From Leptonemataceae bacterium (GTDB lineage: Bacteria; Spirochaetota; Leptospiria; Leptospirales; Leptonemataceae): 64,000 nucleotides of DNA. The position numbers and the translations under genes were made by a program. Below the pieces are notes generated by a model, which did no database searches, was not told the origin of the DNA, and saw nothing but the letters and a program-made list of their open reading frames with translations. Where the stretch lies: assembly GCA_965227295.1 (NCBI GenBank), contig OZ245742.1, positions 4,480,001-4,544,000 on the forward strand, written 5' to 3'. Below are positions 29,173 to 39,468 of this stretch, one piece after another; position 1 is the stretch's first letter, and every line of letters starts with the position of its first letter.

Positions 29173-32100
29173 ATGTCTGTACGGATCGCCCTGCACCACA
29201 AAACCAGCTACGAATACGAGCGCGCCATCAACCTCGGCCCCCAGCTCATTCGCCTGCGCCCGGCCGCTCACACCCGCACCCGCATTCTCTCGTACAGCCT
29301 GAAGATCGAGCCGGAAGAACACTTCATCAACTGGCAACAGGATCCCTCCGGCAACTTCGTAGCGCGGATCGTCGTCCCGGAACGCACCCGCCGCTTCGGA
29401 TTCCAGGTGGACCTGGTGGCGGAGATGGCAATCTTCAATCCGTTTGATTTTTTCATCGAGCCGTACGCCGAGGAGTTCCCGTTCACGTACGATCAGAAAC
29501 TCCAGAAAGAACTCTATCCGTACATGCAAAAACACGAGCGCGGTCCCCTGCAGAAAGCGTGGGAAGAAGGGATCGATCAAACACCGCGGCGCACCGTGGA
29601 CTATCTCGTACAACTCAACCAGCGCCTGGCGGGCGACATCCAGTATCTCATCCGCATGGAACCCGGCGTGCAGGCGCCCGAGGAAACACTCAAGAACAAG
29701 AGCGGTTCGTGCCGGGACTCGACGCATCTACTTGTGCAGATCTTACGTGAACAGGGCCTGGCCGCGCGCTTTGTTTCCGGTTACCTCATTCAACTCCGCG
29801 CCGACGAGAAACCCCTGGACCCGGGCGCGCCCGTCGGCCCCATCGAGGACTTCACCGATCTTCACGCCTGGGCCGAGGTCTACGTCCCCGGCGCCGGCTG
29901 GATCGGCCTCGATCCGACGTCAGGCCTCCTGGCCGGCGAGGGCCACATCCCCCTGGCCGCCACGCCGGAGCCCGAGTCCGCGGCTCCGGTGAGCGGTGCC
30001 CTGGAACCCGCGCAGTCCACCTTCGAATACGCCATGACCGTACAGCGCCTCGAAGAAGGCCACAGCCACGCCCGGCCCTACAGCGAAACCGTCTGGGAAA
30101 ATATCGATCGGCTGGGAACCCGGGTCGACGAAGACCTGGAAAAACAGGGCGTGCGGCTTACCATGGGCGGCGAGCCCACGTTCGTGTTCAGCGACGACCC
30201 GGACGGCTTCGAATGGAACTTCGGCGCGCTCGGCAAGACCAAGCGTCGCCTGGCCGGGCAGTTGCTTTATCGTCTGCACGATCGCTTCGGCAACGGCGGC
30301 GTATTGTATCATGGCCAGGGCAAGTGGTATCCCGGCGAAGAGCTGCCACGCTGGGCCCTCGGCACGTTCTTCCGCGACGACGGCCGGGCGATCTGGAAGG
30401 ATCAGAGCCTGCTGGCCCGAGAAAGCGTCGGCGGCGAACCGGCCTCCGGCAAAAAAGCCGAAGCAACACCGGGCCACGCAAAGACCGAAGACGCGCACAG
30501 GTTCTTAACTTCTATTTGCAAGATCTTACACATCGACGACGCGGGCATCAGTCGCGCCCGGGAGGACGTCTACTATCGCATGTGGGAGCGCGGCTCGATG
30601 TACGCGGACGAGGCCCTCGGCGAAGACGAGCGCCTGAAGAAAATCGCCGCGGCCCTCGCCGAGAGCGAAGACGTGCGCGGTTATGTCGTGCCCCTGGCCC
30701 GGCATCCCGGTGAAGACCGCTGGCTAACATCCAACTGGCGCTTCTTACGCGGCGATCTTTTCTTAATCCCCGGCGATTCCGCCATGGGCTACCGCCTGCC
30801 GTTGCATCGCATTCCCGACGAAAAAGTACCGGGCTACGACTTCGCTCCGCAGAGCGATCCCCTGGATACACCGGCCGAACTTCCGGATGTCGACGAGCTT
30901 CACCAGGGCCTGGCGTCGACTCCGGCAGCGCCACCGCCGACGGATCCGGTGATGTTGCGCACGGCTCTCTGCGCCGAGGTTCGCAACGGTCATTTGCACA
31001 TCTTTCTGCCGCCCATGAACAGTCTCGAAGACTGGCTGTTGTTGATCGCCGCCGTGGAACGCGCCGCGGGCGAAGTCCGGCAACCGGTCTTTCTGGAAGG
31101 TTACGAACCGCCCGGCGACGTACGTTTGCAGAAGCTCATGGTCACGCCGGACCCGGGCGTCATCGAAGTGAACGTGCACCCCTCGCGTTCCTGGCAGGAA
31201 CTCAAACATACAACGGAAGTACTCTACGAAGAAGCGCGCGCGCTCAAGTTGATCGCCGAAAAGTTTCAGATCGACGGACGGCCCATGGGAACCGGCGGCG
31301 GCAATCACATTACCCTCGGCGGTCGCACGCCGGCCGAATCGCCGTTCCTGCGCCGGCCGGATCTCCTGCGTTCGTTGATCACCTACTGGCAGCACCATCC
31401 CTCGCTGTCGTACCTGTTCGCCGGACTCTTCGTCGGTCCCACGTCCCAGGCCCCGCGCATCGACGAGGCCCGCCACGAGAGCCTCTACGAACTGGAAATC
31501 GCCTTTTCCAAACTGCCCACCGCCGAAGAGAAGAACCCCTGGCTCGTGGACCGTTTGCTGCGCAACATCCTGGTGGACATCACCGGCAACACGCACCGCG
31601 CCGAATTCTGCATCGATAAACTCTATCCGCCGGATAATCTCAAGTTACGCCTGGGGTTGGTGGAATTCCGCGCCTTCGAAATGCCGCCGCATCCGCAAAT
31701 GTACCTCGCGCAGATGTTACTGCTGCGCGCGATCACGGCCCGCTTCTGGAACGACAGCTATCATCATCGACTGGTACGATGGGGCACGGAACTCAACGAT
31801 CGCTTCATGTTGCCGTACTTTTTGATTCAGGACTTTTACGAGATCCTGCACGATCTGCGCGAAAGCGGCTACGACCTGGATGCGGAGTTATTCGAGCCGT
31901 TCTTCGAGTTTCGCTTTCCCACGTACGGGAGCGTGCAGATCGGCGACACGCGCCTGGAACTGCGCATGGGCCTGGAACCCTGGCCGGTCCTCGGCGAAAC
32001 GAACATCGGCGGCTCGACCTCGCGGCCGGTGGACGCCGCCGTCGAACGCCTCCAGATTCGCATCGAAGGCCTGGTCCCGGGACGCCATGTCCTGCTCTGC

Positions 32101-32466
32101 AACGGTGTGCAGATCCCCCTGCACGCCACGAACGTGCGCGGGGAATTCGTAGCCGGGGTGCGCTTCAAGGCCTGGTCGCCCGTGAATACCCTGCATCCCG
32201 CGATTCAGGTGCACAGCCCGCTCATCTTTGATCTGGTCGATCTCCGTTCCGAACGATCCCTGGGCGGCTGCACGTATCATGTCATGCATCCGGGCGGCCG
32301 AAACTATGAAACGCGGCCGGTGAACGCCGCCGAGGCCGAGGGTCGCCGGGAGGCCCGCTTCGAGCGGGCCGGACACAGCCCCGGCCCGCTGAAAAACGGT
32401 GTGCCCGCGCTACGGGTAAACGCGGAATATCCCATGACCCTTGATCTGCGACGCGACGCTCCCTGA
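29173..32466 (+). CDS. Transglutaminase + DUF2126 (putative amidoligase) fusion protein
   Basis: HKTSYEY..IRLRPAAH, GSCRDS, DLHAWAEVY..GWIGLDPT, LTMGGEPTF, PDPGVIEVN, GTGGGNH, EFRAFEMPPH. Confidence 0.93.
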   Translation: MSVRIALHHKTSYEYERAINLGPQLIRLRPAAHTRTRILSYSLKIEPEEHFINWQQDPSGNFVARIVVPERTRRFGFQVDLVAEMAIFNPFDFFIEPYAEEFPFTYDQKLQKELYPYMQKHERGPLQKAWEEGIDQTPRRTVDYLVQLNQRLAGDIQYLIRMEPGVQAPEETLKNKSGSCRDSTHLLVQILREQGLAARFVSGYLIQLRADEKPLDPGAPVGPIEDFTDLHAWAEVYVPGAGWIGLDPTSGLLAGEGHIPLAATPEPESAAPVSGALEPAQSTFEYAMTVQRLEEGHSHARPYSETVWENIDRLGTRVDEDLEKQGVRLTMGGEPTFVFSDDPDGFEWNFGALGKTKRRLAGQLLYRLHDRFGNGGVLYHGQGKWYPGEELPRWALGTFFRDDGRAIWKDQSLLARESVGGEPASGKKAEATPGHAKTEDAHRFLTSICKILHIDDAGISRAREDVYYRMWERGSMYADEALGEDERLKKIAAALAESEDVRGYVVPLARHPGEDRWLTSNWRFLRGDLFLIPGDSAMGYRLPLHRIPDEKVPGYDFAPQSDPLDTPAELPDVDELHQGLASTPAAPPPTDPVMLRTALCAEVRNGHLHIFLPPMNSLEDWLLLIAAVERAAGEVRQPVFLEGYEPPGDVRLQKLMVTPDPGVIEVNVHPSRSWQELKHTTEVLYEEARALKLIAEKFQIDGRPMGTGGGNHITLGGRTPAESPFLRRPDLLRSLITYWQHHPSLSYLFAGLFVGPTSQAPRIDEARHESLYELEIAFSKLPTAEEKNPWLVDRLLRNILVDITGNTHRAEFCIDKLYPPDNLKLRLGLVEFRAFEMPPHPQMYLAQMLLLRAITARFWNDSYHHRLVRWGTELNDRFMLPYFLIQDFYEILHDLRESGYDLDAELFEPFFEFRFPTYGSVQIGDTRLELRMGLEPWPVLGETNIGGSTSRPVDAAVERLQIRIEGLVPGRHVLLCNGVQIPLHATNVRGEFVAGVRFKAWSPVNTLHPAIQVHSPLIFDLVDLRSERSLGGCTYHVMHPGGRNYETRPVNAAEAEGRREARFERAGHSPGPLKNGVPALRVNAEYPMTLDLRRDAP

Positions 32467-32516
32467 CACGTCAGCGCATCCTCACGACGTAAAACTCATC
32501 TCCCTTCATCGCAACC

Positions 32517-35009
32517 ATGGCCGAAGCTGAAACAATGATCCTCTCCGACGGGTACGCCCAACCCGGCGGCGTCTACGACGAAACCCGGGACGGCAGTACC
32601 CTGCGGCCCCACTGGCGTTTCCTCATGCGTTCCCTGGAAGCACTGGGCCTCGACGAACTGAATCGCCGGAGCAGCGAGGCCGATCGCCTGCTGCGTGAAA
32701 GCGGCGTCACGTACAACGTTTACAACGAACAGAACGAACGCCGGCGCCGCTGGAAGCTCGATCCGATTCCCCTGCTCATCGAGAGCGGGGAATGGAACAG
32801 CATCGAACAGGGACTTATGCAGCGCGCGGAGTTGCTGGATCTGATTCTCCGCGATCTCTACGGGGCCCGGGACCTGCTGCGCAAGGGTCTGCTTCCGCCG
32901 GAAGTGGTCTACAGCCATCCCGGTTTCCTGCGGCCGTGCGTGGACCCGACGCAGCCGCCGGACCGCGGCTTTCTGACGCTGGCGAACGATCTCGCCCGGG
33001 ACCGGGACGGCAACTTCGTCGTCATGGCCGATCGAGCGCAGGCGCCGTCGGGTTCGGGCTACGCCCTGGAAAACCGCATCGTACTTTCCCGGGCGCTACC
33101 GAGTTTGTATCGGGACTCCCAGGTCCATCGCCTGGCCGTCTACTTTCGCGCCCTGCGCAGCACCCTGGCCGCCCTGGCCCCGCGGAACAAGGACGACCCG
33201 CGCATCGTCGTCCTCACCCCGGGCCCGGGCAACGAGACCTACTTCGAGCACGCCTACCTGGCCAGTTACCTGGGCTACATTCTCACGGAAGGCAACGACC
33301 TCACCGTCCGCGACGGCCGGGTCTACATCCAGACCGTCGGCGGTCAGATGGACGAGGTGGACGTCATCCTCCGCCGCCTGGACGATACTTACTGCGATCC
33401 CCTGGAACTGAAGCCGGACTCCCTGCTCGGCACGCCGGGCCTGCTGCAGGCCATGCGCCTGGGCAACGTCGCCGTGGTGAATCCGCCGGGCAGCGGTGTC
33501 CTGGACAATCCGGCCCTGCTGCCGTTCTTACCCGCTCTTTGCAAACATCTACTCGGGCAGGACTTGCGTATCTCCTCGGTACAGACCTACTGGTGCGGGG
33601 ATCCGAAACAGCGCGACCACGTCATCGCTAACATAGACAAAATGATCATTAAGCCTCTGGCGCCGCAGCCCGGCGGGCGTTCCATCCTCGGCGACCGCCT
33701 GAACGAAAACGAGCGCAGTCGTCTCGTGGACCGCATTCGTTCGCGCCCCCACGCCTTCGTCGGTCAGGACCCGCTGCCGCTCTCTACGCTGCCGTGTCTG
33801 CACGCCGCCGACAATCGCCGTTTTCTGGAAGCGCGACCCATGATCCTGCGGACCTTTCTGCTCGCCCGGGACCATGAGTTCGTGTTGATGCCGGGCGGCC
33901 TCACGCGCGTCTCGGATCGTACGGACAGTCCCATCGTCTCGAACCAGCGCGGTGGTGTTTCGAAGGATACCTGGGTCGTGGCCTCGGAGCCGCTGCGGGA
34001 AGTTACGCTGCTGCATGCGGCGGAGAGTCCCGCGGCGGGCATCAATCGCGGCGGGGGCGAGGTGGCCTCCCGGGTGGCGGACAATCTGTTCTGGATCGGT
34101 CGGTACATCGAACGCGCGGACGGTATGACGCGGCTGCTGCGCGAAATCCTGCCGATCGTCCTTGAGGCCCAGGCGTCCGGCGGGGAAACCCTGGATACGC
34201 TCCTCTACAGTTTAACGCACCTTACCTCGAACTATCCGGGCTTCCTGGCAAACGAACTGCGCGAGCAGCCCGAGGAAGAACTGAGTTCCCTGATCTACGA
34301 TCGCAGTCGCAGCGGCTCGCTGGCGTTCAACCTGCATCGCGCGCTAAGTTGCGGCCGTTCCGTGCGCGACCGGCTCTCCGAGGACGGCTGGCGTATTCTC
34401 AACACCATGCACGAACACTTCGAACAACAGCGAGACCTGGGCACGGCCCTGGCCTCGCTGGAAAACCTGGCAATCTGGCTCGCCGCCTTCGCCGGCGTCA
34501 CCAACGAAACCATGAACCACGGCATCGGCTGGCGCTTCCTGGACATGGGCCGGCGCACGGAACGAACCCTGGCGACGCTTTCGATACTGCGCCAGGTCTT
34601 CGCGGCACAACGCAACGACGTACTCCTGGAAACGTTGCTCTTCTTGAAAGATAGTCTGCGCATCCATCGCCGGCGCTACCGCAATCGTATGGACGAGGCA
34701 TCCACCCTGGATACGCTGCTGCTCGACGAAAGCCATCCGCAGTCCGTCGGTTACCAGCTCGCTGTCCTCGCGGAACACGCATCCTGCCTGCCGCGACCGG
34801 CCGAGGCCGCGAGCCGCAGCCGGGAAGAGAAACTTACGATCGAAGCCCTCGCGAAACTACGCCTCGCCGAAGCCGAGGCCTTGTCCGCGGCGCCGCAAGA
34901 CCGCGAGGAGCTGCTGCGTCGCCTCGGCGATCTTACCCTGGCATTCTCGGAATCGTTGACGGAATCGTACCTGGTCCACGGCATCTTCCCGCAGCAGGTG
35001 ATCGCATGA
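32517..35009 (+). CDS. Circularly permuted ATP-grasp + alpha-E fusion protein
   Basis: YDE, LDPIP, QAPSGSGYALENR, VILRRLDD, SKDTWV followed by SRVADNLFWIGRYIERA. Confidence 0.92.
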   Translation: MAEAETMILSDGYAQPGGVYDETRDGSTLRPHWRFLMRSLEALGLDELNRRSSEADRLLRESGVTYNVYNEQNERRRRWKLDPIPLLIESGEWNSIEQGLMQRAELLDLILRDLYGARDLLRKGLLPPEVVYSHPGFLRPCVDPTQPPDRGFLTLANDLARDRDGNFVVMADRAQAPSGSGYALENRIVLSRALPSLYRDSQVHRLAVYFRALRSTLAALAPRNKDDPRIVVLTPGPGNETYFEHAYLASYLGYILTEGNDLTVRDGRVYIQTVGGQMDEVDVILRRLDDTYCDPLELKPDSLLGTPGLLQAMRLGNVAVVNPPGSGVLDNPALLPFLPALCKHLLGQDLRISSVQTYWCGDPKQRDHVIANIDKMIIKPLAPQPGGRSILGDRLNENERSRLVDRIRSRPHAFVGQDPLPLSTLPCLHAADNRRFLEARPMILRTFLLARDHEFVLMPGGLTRVSDRTDSPIVSNQRGGVSKDTWVVASEPLREVTLLHAAESPAAGINRGGGEVASRVADNLFWIGRYIERADGMTRLLREILPIVLEAQASGGETLDTLLYSLTHLTSNYPGFLANELREQPEEELSSLIYDRSRSGSLAFNLHRALSCGRSVRDRLSEDGWRILNTMHEHFEQQRDLGTALASLENLAIWLAAFAGVTNETMNHGIGWRFLDMGRRTERTLATLSILRQVFAAQRNDVLLETLLFLKDSLRIHRRRYRNRMDEASTLDTLLLDESHPQSVGYQLAVLAEHASCLPRPAEAASRSREEKLTIEALAKLRLAEAEALSAAPQDREELLRRLGDLTLAFSESLTESYLVHGIFPQQVIA

Positions 35010-35932
35010 CCACGTATCGCATCATCCACAAGACGATCTACCGCTACGAGGACGACGTGAGCCTGAGCCACAACGAGGCCCGGCTCCTTCCGCGTAATAT
35101 CCAGGGACAATTTGTTATTGAGAGTAACTTAAGGATCTCACCCTGGCCCACCCGCGTGGACGAACGTCTGGACTACTTCGGCAATCGGGTCCATTACTTT
35201 TCTCTGGAGCAGAGCCATCGGAACATTGAGGTGACGGCGGAGTCCCTGTTGCGTACCGCCGCGCCGGCCACGGCCCCGGCGGAACGCCTGCGTTCGGAAC
35301 CGACCTACATCGCCTGGGATCAGTTCCGGGACGCTCTGCGCGGCGACACGCAGATCACACCGGCACCGCCGCGCCACGAACTCGCGGACTACCTGGGCAG
35401 TTCCCCCATGGCGGCTCCGAACGCCGAGGCCGCCGACTACGCCGCCGCCTCGTTCACTCCCGGACGCGCGCTTTTTGAGGCGTGCAACGAGCTGAACGTG
35501 CGCATCAACCAGGAGTTCACCTACGATTCGAAGTTTTCAAAGATCGGCACGCCTCTTACGAAAATCCTTAAACATCAGCGCGGTGTTTGTCAGGACTTCG
35601 CGCACCTGTTTCTGGCCGCGGTGCGACGCCTGGGGTTACCGGCACGCTACGTAAGCGGTTACCTGGAAACGAAACCGCCGCCGGGCAAACCGAAGCTCCA
35701 GGGCGCCGACGCATCCCACGCCTGGGTTTCGGTGTTCATTCCGCCGGCGGGCTGGGTCGATTTCGATCCGACGAACGGCGTGATTGCCGGCGATTCGCAC
35801 ATCGTCCTCGGCTACGGCCGGGACTACACGGACGTAACGCCGTTGAAGGGCGTCATCTTCGGCGGGGGCAAACATACCGTAAAAGTCGAAGTGGATGTGA
35901 TCCCCGTCGAGGAAGAAGCGAACGTGGTGTAG
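35006..35932 (+). CDS. Transglutaminase family protein
   Basis: GVCQDFAH, ARYVSGY, SHAW..FDPTN, GRDYTDV; ATGA overlap with the upstream gene. Confidence 0.93.
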   Translation: MTTYRIIHKTIYRYEDDVSLSHNEARLLPRNIQGQFVIESNLRISPWPTRVDERLDYFGNRVHYFSLEQSHRNIEVTAESLLRTAAPATAPAERLRSEPTYIAWDQFRDALRGDTQITPAPPRHELADYLGSSPMAAPNAEAADYAAASFTPGRALFEACNELNVRINQEFTYDSKFSKIGTPLTKILKHQRGVCQDFAHLFLAAVRRLGLPARYVSGYLETKPPPGKPKLQGADASHAWVSVFIPPAGWVDFDPTNGVIAGDSHIVLGYGRDYTDVTPLKGVIFGGGKHTVKVEVDVIPVEEEANVV

Positions 35933-35953
35933 CGCAAGACGCGCACCACTAAC

Positions 35954-36991
35954 TTACCTGTAAAAAACGTTAAGACTCTCGATGCGCTCGCGCACTTTCG
36001 GATTCTCGAACGGACGATAGTCGAACACGAGTTTTCCCGTCTTCGAATTACGCAGGCGCAGCTCGTAGCGATGCCCGAGCTTGTTCGTTAAATGATGCAG
36101 GCTCAAGAGCTCGGCTACATCCTCCGCCCATATGCGACTGCCGTACAGCGACGCGAACGGACTTTTTGCAAAACCCGCGTACAACCGCGGAGCATCTTCC
36201 ATGGGAATCTTCGGCCCACCGCCGAAGCCGTAGAACGTAAGATCATCCCGAAGCGCGAAGTCGAAGTCCGGCCGCGGTTGATTGTACGACTCCCAATAAC
36301 GATCCACGATACGCCCGGTCTGCACCAGGCGTTCCTGCATCGGACGCACGGAGGCCTCGACATAGGGCGTGAGGCGATGCACGTAATCCGCGGCGTGGAC
36401 ACCCTCGTGCAGGAGAATGTAAAACAGGGCGCTTTCTTTACCACCGACGTCGGCTTCGATTTCGCAGGGTGGCGGAGCAACGCCGTTGCGAATGAAGGCG
36501 GTATTCTCGCGCTTTAAGATTACATCACGAGCACTTAAGCGAAACATGTCCGGATGCAGGACGATCCAGACGTAGATCTTACCGCTATGCGAGTCCACGG
36601 CGTAGTCGGTCATCCCGCTGGTTAGAAAGTCGTCGATGACGTAAATGCCCAGGAGGCGTTCCTGGAAGGTCTTCCGGATGAGCGGCGGCAGGCGCCGCAG
36701 TTCTCGTTGTACGGCCCGGCGTTCGGCCGGGCTGAGTTTGTGATCGGCGTAGTCCGGCCGCTCGTCGAGCTCGCGTATGAACTTCAGGGCCGGGGCCGGC
36801 ATTGCTCCCAGGCGATCGATCGGCGAAGTGGACGGATCGAAAGCGTACTGCGAGAAATCCCGGTGCGACGGCGCGGGAGACATCCCGCTCGACGACTGAC
36901 AGGCAAGGCCGGTGACCAGCAGCACAGTCACCGACATGCATAGGACCCATCCGGGCATGGAACGGCGGGGATACTTCGCTGCCGCTCGCAT
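35954..36991 (-). CDS. Putative zinc-metallopeptidase-like lipoprotein
   Basis: Lipobox-like GLAC; HExxH (LLHEGVH) and downstream EDVAE. Confidence 0.6.
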   Translation of the reverse strand: MRAAAKYPRRSMPGWVLCMSVTVLLVTGLACQSSSGMSPAPSHRDFSQYAFDPSTSPIDRLGAMPAPALKFIRELDERPDYADHKLSPAERRAVQRELRRLPPLIRKTFQERLLGIYVIDDFLTSGMTDYAVDSHSGKIYVWIVLHPDMFRLSARDVILKRENTAFIRNGVAPPPCEIEADVGGKESALFYILLHEGVHAADYVHRLTPYVEASVRPMQERLVQTGRIVDRYWESYNQPRPDFDFALRDDLTFYGFGGGPKIPMEDAPRLYAGFAKSPFASLYGSRIWAEDVAELLSLHHLTNKLGHRYELRLRNSKTGKLVFDYRPFENPKVRERIESLNVFYR

Positions 36992-37705
36992 CTAGAACGC
37001 GTCCGGTTTCTGGCCGAGCGCGATCTGTTGAATCTCCATGATCTCGCGAATGCCTTTTTCGGCGTAGTCGAGCAGCGTATCCAATTGCGCTCGATTGAAC
37101 GCGCCCTTTTCGGCGGTGCCCTGGATCTCGATGAACTCACCGTCGCCGTTCATGGCAACGTTCATGTCCGTGTCGGCATTGGAATCGAGGGCGTAGTCCA
37201 GGTCCAGGTGCGCCTGCCCGTCCACGATGCCCACGCTGATGGCGGCCACCTGGGTTTTCAACGGCGACGCCGTGATCATGCCTTCGTCCATGGCATACGT
37301 GATCGCCTCCACGAGCGCGATGTACGCGCCGTTGATCGCGGCGGTACGCGTGCCGCCGTCGGCGCAGAGCACGTCGCAATCGCAGGTAATGGCGACACCC
37401 GGCATTTTTTCCAGGTCCACGGCGGCCCGCAACACGCGGCCGATCAATCGCTGGATTTCCGTGGCACGGCCGTCGGTACCGCGGCGTTTGCGTTCCGTGG
37501 TGGATCCGGGCAACATGTTGTACTCCGCGTGCACCCAGCCCCGCGGCGGATTGGCTTTCAACAGCCATCCCGGCGGTTCGCTGCTCACACTCGCGGTGCA
37601 CAGCACCCGCGTTTCGCCGCAGGTAACCAGAACACTGCCGTGAGCATTCGTGGGGAAACCACGCTGAAACTTCAGCGGACGCATTTCATCGATTTTTCGG
37701 TGCAT
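36992..37705 (-). CDS. rph: Ribonuclease PH
   Basis: GSVLV..TRVLC, AEYNMLP, EIQRLIGR, DGGTRTAAING, DMNV, EIQGTAE. Confidence 0.95.
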   Translation of the reverse strand: MHRKIDEMRPLKFQRGFPTNAHGSVLVTCGETRVLCTASVSSEPPGWLLKANPPRGWVHAEYNMLPGSTTERKRRGTDGRATEIQRLIGRVLRAAVDLEKMPGVAITCDCDVLCADGGTRTAAINGAYIALVEAITYAMDEGMITASPLKTQVAAISVGIVDGQAHLDLDYALDSNADTDMNVAMNGDGEFIEIQGTAEKGAFNRAQLDTLLDYAEKGIREIMEIQQIALGQKPDAF

Positions 37706-37846
37706 ACTTGCTTGATGATCCATAAGTTCGGTTCGGAGAGGATCACACACAGCGACCGTAGTTGCAAGAAGAAAGCGCTTTTCCTCTTGACTGCGATTCG
37801 ATCACGAATACAATTCAGGCCGCAAAAAAATTGTCCAGGAGATCAC

Positions 37847-38545
37847 ATGATACACAAATACAATCAATCGGCGGCACACACGTTGTACCGGACGGCCGCG
37901 CTGACACTCGCGGTAGTATTTATGAGCGCCTGCAGCATCGTCGGCGGCAGCGACGACAGCGATGATGACGGGCTCATTATCGGCGCACTGGCGGCCGTCG
38001 GGGCCAGCACTCTGCTCAATTCCGCCGCCACCAGCACGATCATTACGCTCTACTCCACCGGCACGACCACCGGCACCGCCATCGGCGGACGCACCGGCGC
38101 GGATTCCATCTGCACGAGCAACGCTCCCTCCGGAGTTACCTGCACGAACTTCCGCGCGTATCTTTCGGTAAGTTCCACGGATGAAATCCAGGACATGCCG
38201 ACGAACTACTCGGTGCCCACGAATCGTACCATTCAATCCTCGAACGGTACCACCATCGCCACAAGCTGGTCCGACGCCCTCGACGGAAGCATCTCTACTT
38301 CGCTGGATTCCGCCGGCGTCTTCTCCACGAGTTCCAGCACGTACTGGACCGGTTCCAGCAGCACGGGCGCCGTGGCCGGTACCGCCGGAACGTGCAGCAA
38401 CTGGAACACCGGCGGCGTCACCGGGGCTCGCGGCCAGTCCGATCAAACCGACGGCGACTGGATCGGCCTCGATGAAAACAACGGCCTCGGCAATTTCTGC
38501 GGCGACACCAGCGTGCATCTCATTTGCATCTGCTGGACCGGTTGA
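37847..38545 (+). CDS. DUF1554/endostatin-like (Len-like) lipoprotein, paralog 1
   Basis: RBS AGGAG; lipobox FMSAC; GGRTGADSIC, YWTG, CSNW, LICIC. Confidence 0.75.
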   Translation: MIHKYNQSAAHTLYRTAALTLAVVFMSACSIVGGSDDSDDDGLIIGALAAVGASTLLNSAATSTIITLYSTGTTTGTAIGGRTGADSICTSNAPSGVTCTNFRAYLSVSSTDEIQDMPTNYSVPTNRTIQSSNGTTIATSWSDALDGSISTSLDSAGVFSTSSSTYWTGSSSTGAVAGTAGTCSNWNTGGVTGARGQSDQTDGDWIGLDENNGLGNFCGDTSVHLICICWTG

Positions 38546-38719
38546 TCGACAGCGATTGATTTCACAGGAGGCTGAGGGGTAGAGAGGCCGCATTCCATCA
38601 CTGCGATGGAGGCGCTCTCTTCCTCTCGGCATTCTACCCTACGAGTGAATTTCGATTGACCGAGGCCGGCTCAAATATCCTGGATCCCTTGCCATTAATT
38701 TTGTGTCTCAGGACTTCAA

Positions 38720-39415
38720 GTGTCACACAATTCCTTTCCTCCCATTACACACTCACTCCGTCGATTCGCCGTGTTAGGGCTTACCCTCGTATTCATGAAC
38801 GCCTGTAGTCTGTTTGGCTTCGGCGAAACGGATGAGGAGGACGACAGTCTGATAATCGGCACCCTGGCAGCTCTGGGGGCAAGTTCCCTATTCAGAACGA
38901 CACCCACTGCCATCGTACTATATGGTACCGGTCCGACCGCGGGTACGGCTATCGGCGCGCGTAGCGGCGCCGACGCAATCTGCACGGTCAACGTCCCGTC
39001 CGGCTTCGTTTGTTCGAATATTCGCGCCTTGATCAGCGTTGATTCCGGGGACTCTGTATCAAACATGCCGTTTGTCTGGTCGGTACCGCTGGATCGTCAG
39101 CTTCAATCTGTGAACGGAACAGTCATAGCAAACACGTGGACCGACGCCCTCGACAACCGCGTTTCGGCATCTCTGGACACAGCCGGCGTCTTCACGACGG
39201 CTGCGACCTACTACTGGACCGGCACCGCAGGCAACGGCGCCGTGTCCGCCCTGAGTACCGGCACATGTGCCGGTTGGACTTCCAGCGGCAGCACCGGATC
39301 CCGCGGGCGATCCGATCAGGCCGACAGCGACTGGCTCGGCTTCGACTTTAACAACAGCAATACACACACCTGTAGCGACACCACTGCCCGCATGGTTTGC
39401 CTCTGCTGGAACTAA
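38720..39415 (+). CDS. DUF1554/endostatin-like (Len-like) lipoprotein, paralog 2
   Basis: Lipobox FMNAC; GARSGADAIC, YWTG, CAGW, MVCLC; collinear with paralog 1. Confidence 0.75.
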   Translation: MSHNSFPPITHSLRRFAVLGLTLVFMNACSLFGFGETDEEDDSLIIGTLAALGASSLFRTTPTAIVLYGTGPTAGTAIGARSGADAICTVNVPSGFVCSNIRALISVDSGDSVSNMPFVWSVPLDRQLQSVNGTVIANTWTDALDNRVSASLDTAGVFTTAATYYWTGTAGNGAVSALSTGTCAGWTSSGSTGSRGRSDQADSDWLGFDFNNSNTHTCSDTTARMVCLCWN

Positions 39416-39468
39416 GAACAGGAAACATGATTTTACAGAAGGATGAGAGATAGAGAACTACTCTGCTC

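Noticed and set aside
37028..37846. N-terminal extension of the 505-aa ORF
   Set aside because: Antisense to rph; the true start is ATG 37847 with an AGGAG RBS and a lipobox.
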